A stretch of 62,901 bases of DNA, counting the filler, from Octopus bimaculoides (Eukaryota), in NCBI RefSeq assembly GCF_001194135.2. It is 8 parts of 8 records of this genome, joined end to end, with 100 filler letters (N's around TTAATTAATTAA, not from the genome) between each part and the next. Parts side by side here need not be neighbours in the genome. Positions count along the whole stretch, not along the records: positions 49,160 to 53,097 come from NC_068985.1; positions 53,198 to 59,283 come from NC_068984.1; positions 59,384 to 61,359 come from NW_026397545.1; positions 61,460 to 62,901 come from NW_026305265.1; 4 more parts are not named here. One strand, written 5' to 3'. This document shows positions 52,151 to 62,901 of the stretch, in pieces. The position numbers and the translations under genes were made by a program. Every line of letters starts with the position of its first letter. Within the stretch, counting starts at the first letter, position 1. Below the pieces are notes generated by a model, which was not told the origin of the DNA, made no database searches, and worked only from the letters and a program-made list of their open reading frames with translations.

Positions 52151-52971
52151 GGTAAGTATGAGAAGATAAGAAATGAGGAAAGGTTGATAGGGACATATTG
52201 GGACCAGGATCAATATCTGTCGAGTGTATAGTTATGCGTGTGTGTACGTGTATACATACATACACACACATCCACACGCACACACACATACATATGTATG
52301 TGTGTGTGTACTCATAATAATCGTGTATTTACAGTAGTTCAGGAAATTGTGACAAGTTTACAATAGGCAATATGTGTATTTATTCATATGTACACACACG
52401 CACACACAAACACACACACACACAAACACGCGCGCACACACACACACACACAGACACACACACACATACACACACGTATCATCTATTAGGCAACAGATGT
52501 TTGTTTAGTGAACAGCTGTAACAGAAATCCATTCGTTACAACACTTCTGATTAAAATATATTGATTTAATTTAGCCAATCAATTTCAAACCATATCTCAG
52601 TTCAGTCACACTATCTATCGAACACAAAGGTTCGTAGCATTTGTTCGATACATGCTAAATCTTTACATCTTTTCCTCTCGCCCAAACTCAATCATTCAGG
52701 CACATGGTAACTATATAAAATATGTACAAACACTGTTTAAATAATGATTTCCTATATTGGTACATGGCCAGAAATTATGTGAGCTGTATTTGTGTACAAT
52801 GTGGGCATAGGCTTGTGGTTGGAAATTTGCTTTTCAAGCACAACATGGTCCCGAGTTCGGTCCCACTGCATCTAAGTTTGGATTGGACAAGAATCTTCTA
52901 TTATAGACTCGGGCCGACCGAAGCTTTGTCAGTGGATTTGATAGACGGAAACTGAAAAAAGCCTGACGTGT

Positions 52972-53015
<44 letters not shown>

Positions 53016-53197
53016 TAGTATATTGCCACTTAAGTGTTGCTGACCCCTAGGGGTGGATGTTACTGTTGCTTTTAGCCCCAGGAGGACATCTCCTCCANNN
53101 NNNNNNNNNNNNNNNNNNNNNNNNNNNNNNNNNNNNNNNNNTTAATTAATTAANNNNNNNNNNNNNNNNNNNNNNNNNNNNNNNNNNNNNNNNNNNN

Positions 53198-53245
<48 letters not shown>

Positions 53246-53429
53246 TCTCTCTCTCTCTGTCTTCTACTATTTCTCCCTCTTTGTCATCTGCTTTCTCTTG
53301 AACACAAGAAAGTGAACAGTGCTTACTCGCTCTCTCTTTCTCTTGCTCTCCCTCTCTCTCCCTATCTATCTATCTATCTTCCTCTCTCTCTCTCTTGCTC
53401 TCTCTCTCTCTTGCTCTCTCTCTCTCTTG

Positions 53430-53469
<40 letters not shown>

Positions 53470-53470
53470 T

Positions 53471-53505
<35 letters not shown>

Positions 53506-54798
53506 CTCTCTCTCTTCCTCTCTCTCTCTTGCTCTCTCTCTCTATCTATCTATCTCTCTTCCTCTCTCTCTCTCTTGCTCTCTCTCTCTCACTCTCTCTC
53601 TATCTATCTATCTATCTATCTCTCTTCCTCTCTCTCTCTCTCTTTCGTTTTCTCCCTCCCTCCCTAACAATTATGATGTTTATTAGTCTCTCTGCTTTAC
53701 TCTTTTCCTTACTTTCTAAAATTCTCTCTCTCTCTCTCTCTCAGTCTTTCTCTCCCTCTCCGTCATCTGCTTTCTTTTGAACAAAAGGGTTTGAACAATA
53801 CCCACTTCTCTCTATCTCTTGCTTTCCCTCTTTCTTCCACTCTCCCACTCTTTCCCTCTCTCTCTTCTGTAGCCTGTCCACACAAACACACACAAACACA
53901 CAGACACAAACATATACATGTCTTTTTCTCTCTCTTTCTCCATCTCTCTTTCTCCATTTCTCTTTCTCTCTATCCGTCTCTCTCTCTCTCCATCTCACTC
54001 TGCACGCACACACACACACACACACATACACACACACACACACACACATACACACACACATATGCACACTCACACATATGTACGCACACTGTTTCCCTCT
54101 CTCTCTCTCCCTCTCTCCCTCTCTCTCTCTCCCTCTCTCCCTCTCTCTCTNNNNNNNNNNNNNNNNNNNNNNNNNNNNNNNNNNNNNNNNNNNNNNNNNN
54201 NNNNNNNNNNNNNNNNNNNNNNNNNNNNNNNNNNNNNNNNNNNNNNNNNNNNNNNNNNNNNNNNNNNNNNNNNNNNNNNNNNNNNNNNNNNNNNNNNNNN
54301 NNNNNNNNNNNNNNNNNNNNNNNNNNNNNNNNNNNNNNNNNNNNNNNNNNNNNNNNNNNNNNNNNNNNNNNNNNNNNNNNNNNNNNNNNNNNNNNNNNNN
54401 NNNNNNNNNNNNNNNNNNNNNNNNNNNNNNNNNNNNNNNNNNNNNNNNNNNNNNNNNNNNNNNNNNNNNNNNNNNNNNNNNNNNNNNNNNNNNNNNNNNN
54501 NNNNNNNNNNNNNNNNNNNNNNNNNNNNNNNNNNNNNNNNNNNNNNNNNNNNNNNNNNNNNNNNNNNNNNNNNNNNNNNNNNNNNNNNNNNNNNNNNNNN
54601 NNNNNNNNNNNNNNNNNNNNNNNNNNNNNNNNNNNNNNNNNNNNNNNNNNNNNNNNNNNNNNNNNNNNNNNNNNNNNNNNNNNNNNNNNNNNNNNNNNNN
54701 NNNNNNNNNNNNNNNNNNNNNNNNNNNNNNNNNNNNNNNNNNNNNNNNNAATAATAACAATAATAATAATGATGATGATGATAATGATAATGATGATG

Positions 54799-54850
<52 letters not shown>

Positions 54851-55035
54851 CAATAATAGTAATAATTAAAATAATAATAATAATAATAATAATGATAATA
54901 ATAATAATAATAGTAATGATGATGATGATGATAATAATAATGATGATAAAAATAATAATAATAAAATAATAATAATAATAATAATAACAACAACAACAAC
55001 TAAAATAGTAATGATGATGATGATGATGATGATGA
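53198..55035. repeat. (TC)n/(TCTA)n/(CA)n block, N gap, then (AAT)n/(GAT)n block
   Basis: Direct reading. Confidence 0.9.
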
Positions 55036-55367
55036 TAGCAAACACATATGATGATAGAAATATTGAAATACAATCGTGAAGAATAAAAGAATGATAGAAA
55101 CTGATTTGTTTTTTTTAGTTTATTTGTTTTTTGTTGTTTTTTTTTTTTTAGAATTAGAATTAAAATTAGAATGAAAGAATAAAAGAATAAAGGAATCAAG
55201 AGAATAGCGATGAGACAAGGAAAATAAACCTGTAGATATATTCTTCTTTACGAAGGAGAGGCTCGAAATGTGAAATTTTGTGGTTGGAATTAGTTTTAGC
55301 CTTTATATCTTTGACATTCTTCTTGTTTTCTCCTTTGTTCCCCTTCTTTTCCTTCTTCTTCCCTTCA

Positions 55368-55401
<34 letters not shown>

Positions 55402-55731
55402 CACACACACACACACACACATACACACTGTCTCTCTCATTTGTTATTTTTCTCTACCCCTCTTTTTGCTTTTACTTCTATTGCTCTTCATTTCTTTTCT
55501 TCTTTATCTCTCTTGCTCTTCATCACTCTCTCTCTCTCTCTCTCTCTCTCCCTTCCTCCTCTCTCACTCACTCTCTCTCCTTCTGCTTCTCTCAAGTTCC
55601 CTCTACCACTCTCTATCTCTTTGCCTCTTTCTTTCTTCCTTTCTTTCTATCTGTCTGTCTCTGTCTCTCTCTCTCTTTCTCTCTCTTAATCTCAAAGAAA
55701 TTTATACGTCTATTTCATACATATGTAATAT

Positions 55732-56035
55732 GGAGGTGCAATGGCCCAGTGGTTAGGACAACGGACTCGCAGTCGTAGGATTGTGGTTTCGATTCCCAGA
55801 CCAGGCATTGTGTGTGTTTATTGAGCGAAAAACACCTAAAGCCCCATGAGGCTCCGGGCGGGGGTGGTGGCGACCCCTGTTGTACTCTTTCGCCCCAACT
55901 TTCTCTCACTCTTTCTGCCTGTTTCTTGAGTAATGCTGCGATGGACTGACGTCCCGTCCAACTGGGGGGAACACATACGCCACAGAAACCGGGAAACCGG
56001 GCCCATGAACCTGGCTAGGCTTGAAAAGGGCGCAA
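55732..56035 (+). mobile_element. tRNA-derived SINE family C
   Basis: GGAGGTGCAATGGCCCAGTGGTTAGG...GTTTCGATTCCCAGACC head, shared with 34622-34735, followed by a GCGATGGACTG.CGTCCCGTCCA core. Confidence 0.75.
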
Positions 56036-57114
56036 AAGAAAAAAAAAATATATATGTATATATGTGTGTGTGTGCGTGTGTGTATATACTTACATTCATG
56101 CATACATCATCGTTTAATGTCCACTTTCCATGCTAACATGTATTGGATAATTTGACAGGAGCTGACCAGGCAGGAGACTGGATTTTACCACTGAATGCCC
56201 TTCCTAACACTAACTACCCCACAGAGTGGGCTGAACCCTTTTTGCATTTCATCAGCACTGGCAGGGTCACCAAGTAACTTGCCAAACAAAGAACCTCTGA
56301 GAGTGGAGGGCGTATTGGAGGTGATCTTGTGTCATACATACATGTCACGAATGACCTGTCTTTTTTTGCCTGTCCTAATTGTTGTTTCTCTTGTCCACTT
56401 TTGTATCATCTATATGTTCGAATGTTTTAATGTCCTCTATTGTGTTTTTGTTCCATTTTTATATTTATGTATATATATACAGCGGCGTACCTACATTCTT
56501 GTGCTCACCTTATAATAGGTATGTATCTAAATTTCGTACGACCTTTACTCTATCTTTTATTCCCCATTTCATTTTACTTGCTTTTTCTCGCTCTCCCTCT
56601 CTCACATTTCTTGGCCCTCTCCTTCCTTAACTCCCACTATTTCCCACTCGTTTATCTCCCCTGTACCTTTCTCTTTGTCTCTGATTTTTTTTCCTAATCC
56701 TTCAATTCTGATGTCCCCTACTCATCTCTCCTTCTTCCACGTGACTGGTGTCTGGCCAGCCATGATCTTTCTTTCTTGGCCTGACTGCCGACCACCAACA
56801 TCTCCTATGTTCGTGCCTTTAGGCTTTCACTTCATACACACACTGCTCAATCTGATTCATTCTCAGTCAAAAGACACCTGTTATTACTTCTTTTTGTTTG
56901 CATTCGTAATTGTGTACCATTTTCTTTGTTTTTTGTTTGATTGTTTATTTGTTTTTGTTGCCGTACACATTTGCTAGCTTTCTTACAATGGGGTCTAATG
57001 CTCTTAGCTTAGACTTTTTTGGGGGCAACCAGATCGAACCATCTCAAGTGTAACTGTCCGAACGTTTTAATGCCCTCTATTGCATTTTTGTTCCATTTTT
57101 ATATTTATGTATAC

Positions 57115-57146
<32 letters not shown>

Positions 57147-57159
57147 NNNNNNNNNNAAA

Positions 57160-57286
57160 CAGGGTGTCCACAAGATCTGGGTACATGAAGGAAATAAAAT
57201 CATAACATAAACAATTAAATATATGAAATAATAATTTCTTAAAGTATGTGTTAATCCCCATGTACCAGGTCTTTGTGCACACCCTG
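57160..57286. mobile_element. 127-bp Tc1/mariner-type MITE
   Basis: CAGGGTGTCCACAAGATCTGGGTACATG ... CATGTACCAGGTCTTTGTGCACACCCTG imperfect ~28-bp TIRs with CAGGGTG termini; flanked by TA-rich repeats. Confidence 0.75.
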
Positions 57287-57287
57287 C

Positions 57288-57335
<48 letters not shown>

Positions 57336-57638
57336 ATGATGATGGACTCTCCTATCGTTAGACGACATATGAGAGTTCAACAATTTCTCACTGAACAACC
57401 TCACGGCTTATTTGGTTATAGTGATCAAATGTTTGTGTACACATCAGCTCACTCCCTCCATCAAATCAACATTACCTGTACACGTACAACAGGTGCGACA
57501 TGTCGGAAGACAAAACGATTGCTGAGCAGCATGAAATGAAGTGCTTTGCTCAAGAACACAATGCAACACCCTGCCTGGGAATCGAACCCATGCTCTCACA
57601 ATCGTGAGTGCAACACTGTAACCACTGAGCCATTCGCC

Positions 57639-57699
<61 letters not shown>

Positions 57700-57724
57700 T
57701 AATTGTGGTCCTTGAGTCACTCTG

Positions 57725-58100
57725 CTGCTTTGGATAGCTTGCTTACCAACCACATGGTTCCAGGTTCAGTCCTACTGTGTGGCACCTTGAGCAAGTGTCT
57801 TCTACTAGAGCCTCAGGCTGACCAAAGCCTTGTGAATGGATCTGGTAGATGGAAACTGGAAGAAGCCCATCGTATATATGTATGTGTGTGTATATGCTTG
57901 TGTGTCTGTGCTTGTCCCTCCAACATCGCTTGACAACCGATGCTGGTGTGTTTACACCCCTGTAACTTAGTGGTTCAGCAAAAAGAGAGTGATAAAATAA
58001 GTACTAGGCTTACAAAGAATAAGTCCTAGGGGCGATTTGCTCGACTAAAGGCGGTGCTCCAGCATGGCGGCAGTCAACTGACTGAAACAAGTAAAAGAAT
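57725..58100 (+). mobile_element. tRNA-derived SINE family B (near full-length copy with internal CA/TA microsatellite)
   Basis: GCTTGCTTACCAACCACATGGTTCC.GGTTCAGTCC..CTG.GTGGCACCTTG.GCAAG...CTTGACAACCGATGCTGG...AAGTACTAGGCTTAC...GCTCGACTAAAGGCGGTGCTCCAGCATGG. Other copies at approx. 8520-8870(-), 17045-17075(-), 25918-26144, 27225-27365(-), 28935-29010(-), 30355-30450(-), 32560-32690(-), 36600-36760, 37640-38040(-), 43690-43830(-), 47175-47775(-), 50285-50680(-), 52790-52970. Confidence 0.85.
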
Positions 58101-58769
58101 AAACGAATAAAAAGTATATATATGTACTCATATTTTGAGTTCTATTTTCCTGTTTGCATCACCTTACCTGTAGACAGACAGACAGACAGGTATACAGCCA
58201 GCCAGCCCGACAGATAGACAGACAGATAGATAGATAGATCAATAGACACTCCTACATGTTAACGATACTGCTGACGTGTTATGCGTGTATGTTAATACAG
58301 ATGTGTGTGTGTTAGAGAGTTTATAAATATGATCACAAATGCATCAATGTGTGTGTATGCATGTGTGCTCATGTAGGCATATGAGTGTATATGTGTGCAT
58401 GTGTATGTGAATGTAGGTTATTCTGTTAGCAAATATTTCTTGAGACTGTCCATTATTTGGTTCTTCAGACTTTAGTTTATATTTTATTCAAAAGCCTTTT
58501 GCTTAATATTCTTTGTGTAGCTATATTTTATCTATATTGCAGTACATGCTATCTTGGTTCCTTTTAACACCAACTCTCTCAAGATCACCCGATGTTTTAA
58601 AGGCTTTGTATTAAATTAAACCATGACGCTATTATTTTAAATAAGAGTCTTTTATTTAGCTAGCTTCCAAATCTAATGAAAATGAGATATTTTATTAAAT
58701 AAAATTACTTATTTTATTTTGGGAGGGTCATTTAGCCATAAGAAACACATGCACTGGTTTTATTTCACT

Positions 58770-58848
58770 CTTTCTTCTTCTTCTTCTTCTTCTTCTTCTT
58801 CTTCTTCTTCTTCTTCTTCTTCTTCTTCTTCTTCTTCTTCTTCTTCTT

Positions 58849-58913
<65 letters not shown>

Positions 58914-58940
58914 CATCATCATTATTATTACTATTATATG
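58770..58940. repeat. (TTC)n-(TTA)n-(TCA)n compound microsatellite
   Basis: Direct reading. Similar ladders at 16540-16645, 28420-28545 and 31480-31580. Confidence 0.95.
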
Positions 58941-59014
58941 GTGTTACATTGCACCTAGCTGTTTACATTAATGTTTTGTACACACACACATATATATATA
59001 TAATATATATATAT

Positions 59015-59283
59015 GGGAGAATATACAAAAAATAACAACAGACGAGGACAGGTGGTGTAAATAACAAAAGTATATATTAGTATGACGCTCGGGAATACGG
59101 AAAGTTTTTGACGTTTCGAGCTACGCTCTTCAAAAGAAAGAATACGGAGACAAGGAGAAAAACACGGAGAAAAAAAATTGAATAGTGTTCAGTCAACGGT
59201 CAATCATAATAATGGCCGATAATATACAAAAAATAACAACAGACGAGGACAGGTGGTGTAAATAACAAAAGTATATATTAGTA
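59015..59283 (-). mobile_element. Same repeat family (copy 4), apparently tandem with 201-bp period
   Basis: Reverse complement of 59110-59133 reads TTGAAGAGCGTAGCTCGAAACGTC; 59021-59082 is repeated at 59222-59283. Confidence 0.65.
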
Positions 59284-59602
59284 NNNNNNNNNNNNNNNNN
59301 NNNNNNNNNNNNNNNNNNNNNNNNNNNTTAATTAATTAANNNNNNNNNNNNNNNNNNNNNNNNNNNNNNNNNNNNNNNNNNNNCTACTGTAATTACTATT
59401 GTTCCTACTACTTTTATTACTACTGTTATTACTACTGTTATTACTACTGTTTACTGTTATAACTACTGTTATTACTATTGTTACTACTACTGTTATTACT
59501 ATTGTTATTACTACTGTCATTACTACTGTTATTACTACTGTAATTACTATTGTTCCTACTACTTTTATTACTACTGTTCTTACTACTGTTATTACTATTG
59601 TT

Positions 59603-61339
59603 GTACACTGGCCATAAAGTCGGCAAACAAAATTCGCAAACTGGCCATAAATCGGGGACCAGAAATTCAACACTGACCATAATGTCGGGGACGAATAGTT
59701 GCACACTGGCCATAAAGACGGGGACCACAAATCGCACCCTGGCCATAAAGTCGGGGACGAATAGTTGCACACTGGCCATAAAGTCGGGGACCAAATATTG
59801 AACACTGGCCGTCAAGTTGGGGACCAAAAATTGTACACTGGCCATAAGTTCGTAGACCTAAAATTGCACACCGGCCATAAAGACGGGGACCGAACATTGT
59901 ACACTGGCCATAAAGACGGGGACCGAACATTGCACATCGGCCATAAAGATGGGGACCTAAAATTGAACACTGGCCATAAAATGGGGGACCAAAAATCGCA
60001 GACTAGCCATAAAGACGGGGACCACAAATTGCACATTGGCCATAAAGTCGGGGACCACAAATCACACACTGGCCATACAATCGGGGACGAATAATTGCAC
60101 ACTGGCCATAAAGACGGGGACCAAATATTGCACACTGGCCATAAAGAAGGGTACCACAAATCGCACACTGGCCATAAATTCGGGGACGAATAATAGCACA
60201 CTGGCCATAAAGACGGTGACTAAATATTGAACACTGGCCATAGACTCGGGGACCTGTAATTGCACACTGGCCATAAAGACGGGGACCAAATATTGAACAC
60301 TGACTATAAAGTCGGGGACCTAAAATTGAACACTGGCCATAAAATGGGGGACCAAAAATCGCAAACTGGCCATAAAGTCGGCGACCAAATACTGCACACT
60401 GGCCATANNNNNNNNNNNNNNNNNNNNNNNNNNNNNNNNNNNNNNNNNNNNNNNNNNNNNNNNNNNNNNNNNNNNNNNNNNNNNNNNNNNNNNNNNNNNN
60501 NNNNNNNNNNNNNNNNNNNNNNNNNNNNNNNNNNNNNNNNNNNNNNNNNNNNNNNNNNNNNNNNNNNNNNNNNNNNNNNNNNNNNNNNNNNNNNNNNNNN
60601 NNNNNNNNNNNNNNNNNNNNNNNNNNNNNNNNNNNNNNNNNNNNNNNNNNNNNNNNNNNNNNNNNNNNNNNNNNNNNNNNNNNNNNNNNNNNNNNNNNNN
60701 NNNNNNNNNNNNNNNNNNNNNNNNNNNNNNNNNNNNNNNNNNNNNNNNNNNNNNNNNNNNNNNNNNNNNNNNNNNNNNNNNNNNNNNNNNNNNNNNNNNN
60801 NNNNNNNNNNNNNNNNNNNNNNNNNNNNNNNNNNNNNNNNNNNNNNNNNNNNNNNNNNNNNNNNNNNNNNNNNNNNNNNNNNNNNNNNNNNNNNNNNNNN
60901 NNNNNNNNNNNNNNNNNNNNNNNNNNNNNNNNNNNNNNNNNNNGGAGACTGGCCATAAAGACGAGTACCGTACATTGTACACTGGCCATAAAGTCGGGGA
61001 CCAAAAATCACACACTGGCCATAAATACGGGGATTACAAATCGCACACTGGTCATAAATTCGGGGACGAATAATTGAACACTGTCCATAAAGTCGGGGAC
61101 CAGAAATTCAACACTGGCCATAAAGTCGGGGACGAATAATTGCACACTGGCCATAAAGACGGGGGCCAAATATTGAACGCTGGCCATAAAGTCGGGGACC
61201 TAAAATTGAACACTGGCCATAAAATGGGGTCCAAAAATCGCACACTGGCCATAAATTCGGGGACGAATAATTGCACACTGTCCATAAAGTCGGGGACCAG
61301 AAATTCAAAACTGGCCATAAAGTCGGGGACGAATAATTG
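59603..61339. repeat. 33-bp minisatellite, consensus CACTGGCCATAAAGTCGGGGACCAAATATTGCA (one internal N gap)
   Basis: Direct reading of the units; produces the 11-aa periodic pseudo-ORFs (YGQCAIFGPRL / HTGHKVGDQIL) in the ORF track. Confidence 0.95.
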
Positions 61340-61459
61340 CACACTGGCCATAAAGACGGNNNNNNNNNNNNNNNNNNNNNNNNNNNNNNNNNNNNNNNNN
61401 NNNTTAATTAATTAANNNNNNNNNNNNNNNNNNNNNNNNNNNNNNNNNNNNNNNNNNNN

Positions 61460-61692
61460 AGTTTCGTTCAATACTGATGCAGAATTGAGACCTTGGTTGG
61501 ATCAATTTTCGCGTCGAAATCGGGTGATTTCTACCAACGAGGTATTGAAAATCTTGTTGAACGTTGGGAAGAAGTTGTAAACAACAAGGGTGAATACATT
61601 ATTGATTAATTAGTTGTTATTTTTTTATTAAACCTTTAAAAAAAAATTTTAATAAAAAAAAATGGCTGGAACTTAGTTGCCAACCTAATATA
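61460..61692 (+). mobile_element. Mariner transposon 3' end with right TIR and TA target
   Basis: VSFNTDAELRPWLDQF.ASK.GDFYQRGIENLVERWEEVVNNKGEYIID* (typical mariner C-terminus), then GGAACTTAGTTGCCAACCTAATA|TA, whose reverse complement TATTAGGTTGGCAAC is a mariner-type TIR. Confidence 0.88.
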
Positions 61693-61744
61693 TACATGTG
61701 CAAAGGCAGCGAGCCATGTGAAGTGCTTTGTGGTATTTTGTCTG

Positions 61745-61935
61745 TCTTTATGTTCTGTTTTCTGCAAGTGCTCCACCCTTATTGCAATCCCTATTTGTTC
61801 TGGGTACCTCTCGAGATTTTTGCTCACTGTTCCCAGGGCTCCGACAGTTACTACTGCTACCTTTTTCATTGACCACAACTGCTTGACCTCCAAAGCTAAC
61901 CTGTCGTATCTCTCGACTTTTCTTTCTTCCTTATA
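61745..61935 (-). mobile_element. Short RLE-type LINE fragment
   Basis: RKVERYDRLALEVKQLWSMKKVAVVTVGALGTVSKNLERY.EQIGIAIRVEHLQK, homologous to the C-terminus of the 48222 element. Confidence 0.8.
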
Positions 61936-61966
61936 TCATCATCATCATCGTCGTCATCATCATCAT

Positions 61967-61998
<32 letters not shown>

Positions 61999-62199
61999 TT
62001 ATTATTACTACCACTACTACTACTATTATTATTAAGGTGCCAAGCTGGCAGAATCCTTAGCATGCTGGACAAAATAGTTTCAGGGTTGATAAAATAAGTA
62101 CCAGTTACGCACTGGGGTTGACATATTTGAATTGCACCTTCCCTGAAGTTACTGGTTTTGTGCCAAAATTTGGAATTAATATATGTGTATCTGTATGTA

Positions 62200-62232
<33 letters not shown>

Positions 62233-62250
62233 GGTTGGTATGTATATATA

Positions 62251-62291
<41 letters not shown>

Positions 62292-62374
62292 TGAGGGTGA
62301 TAAATTGAATATTAATTTCAATTTAAAACCAGTGGTCTAGCATATAAAAAAAATCATATAATTCAGAAAAATTG

Positions 62375-62600
62375 TATTACATGCGTATAAGAAGGAATGG
62401 CCACTAAGTGGACATCCAATATGCTAGAAAGAGGTCATCAACGACCCAATCACAAAACAAAAATAATGTTCTCCAGAAAAAAATTTAGCAAAAATACAAC
62501 AGAGCTTAGGATTTTTCTTTTGTGGTTGGGTCGTTGGTGACCTCTTTCTAGCATATTGGATGACCACTTAGTGGTCATCCTCTCTTATACGCATGTAATA
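62375..62600. mobile_element. Fold-back MITE (~83-bp arms, ~60-bp spacer)
   Basis: 62375-62457 pairs with 62518-62600 with few mismatches; the right end runs into (TA)n. Confidence 0.8.
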
Positions 62601-62614
62601 TATATATATATATA

Positions 62615-62725
62615 TATGAGCCTGGTGTAGCCATCTGGTTTCACCATTCCTCAGTCAAATCGTCCAACCCTTGCTAGCATGGAAAGCGGATGGTAAACGA
62701 TGATGATGATGATGATGATGATGAT
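62615..62725 (+). mobile_element. RTE-type LINE/SINE 3' end with (GAT)n tail
   Basis: CGTCCAACCCTTGCTAGCATGGAAAGCGGATGGTAAACG(ATG)n; an antisense homolog lies at ~56100-56160. Confidence 0.55.
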
Positions 62726-62901
62726 ACACACAGACACACACACACACACTCAGATAAAAATATATATAAGTGGCCGTGTATCAACCAGTATCCGGTCTTG
62801 AGTACTGCTGGAAGAGTTCACGACATCATCGTCATCATCAGCATCATTGTCATCATTATCAACAACAAAAGCAGACAATGTATGACACAAGAGAAAGCGA
62901 G

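Noticed and set aside
59765-60094. HTGHK repeats resembling the C2H2 linker HTGEKP
   Set aside because: The period is 11 aa rather than 28, and there are no CxxC...HxxxH ligands in that frame.
59603-61339. CRISPR-like look of the 33-bp array (constant part plus variable part)
   Set aside because: The variable parts are short, related to each other and recur; there are no cas genes and the context is eukaryotic.

Overview
Eukaryotic, AT-rich, microsatellite- and SINE-dense DNA; by inference a coleoid cephalopod (Octopus-like) genome. The window is not one contiguous locus. Seven artificial 100-nt joins (N44-TTAATTAATTAA-N44) concatenate eight original scaffolds, and there are many ordinary N gaps. 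The only host gene I can support is two + strand coding exons (41058-41180, 42751-42820) of a plexin-domain-containing protein (PLXDC/TEM7 family), on a CpG-poor 5.2-kb scaffold. The rest is mostly mobile DNA: a truncated Helitron ORF with 23-aa STPR-like repeats, a decayed Penelope-like element, five RLE-type (R4/Dong/NeSL-like) LINE 3' fragments, an RTE fragment, three Tc1/mariner remnants, several fold-back MITEs and many tRNA-derived SINEs. Best second-look items: (i) a structurally complete ~920-bp miniature LTR retroelement (TG..CA LTRs, tRNA-Ser PBS, PPT, 5-bp TSD) nested in a SINE head; (ii) a (TA)n-associated repeat family with a minimal hammerhead-ribozyme-like core, one copy apparently in a 201-bp tandem; (iii) a 33-bp minisatellite with higher-order structure; (iv) a pre-miRNA-like hairpin. 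Most ORFs in the supplied track are microsatellite or N-gap artefacts. No CRISPR, rRNA or intact tRNA gene was seen.
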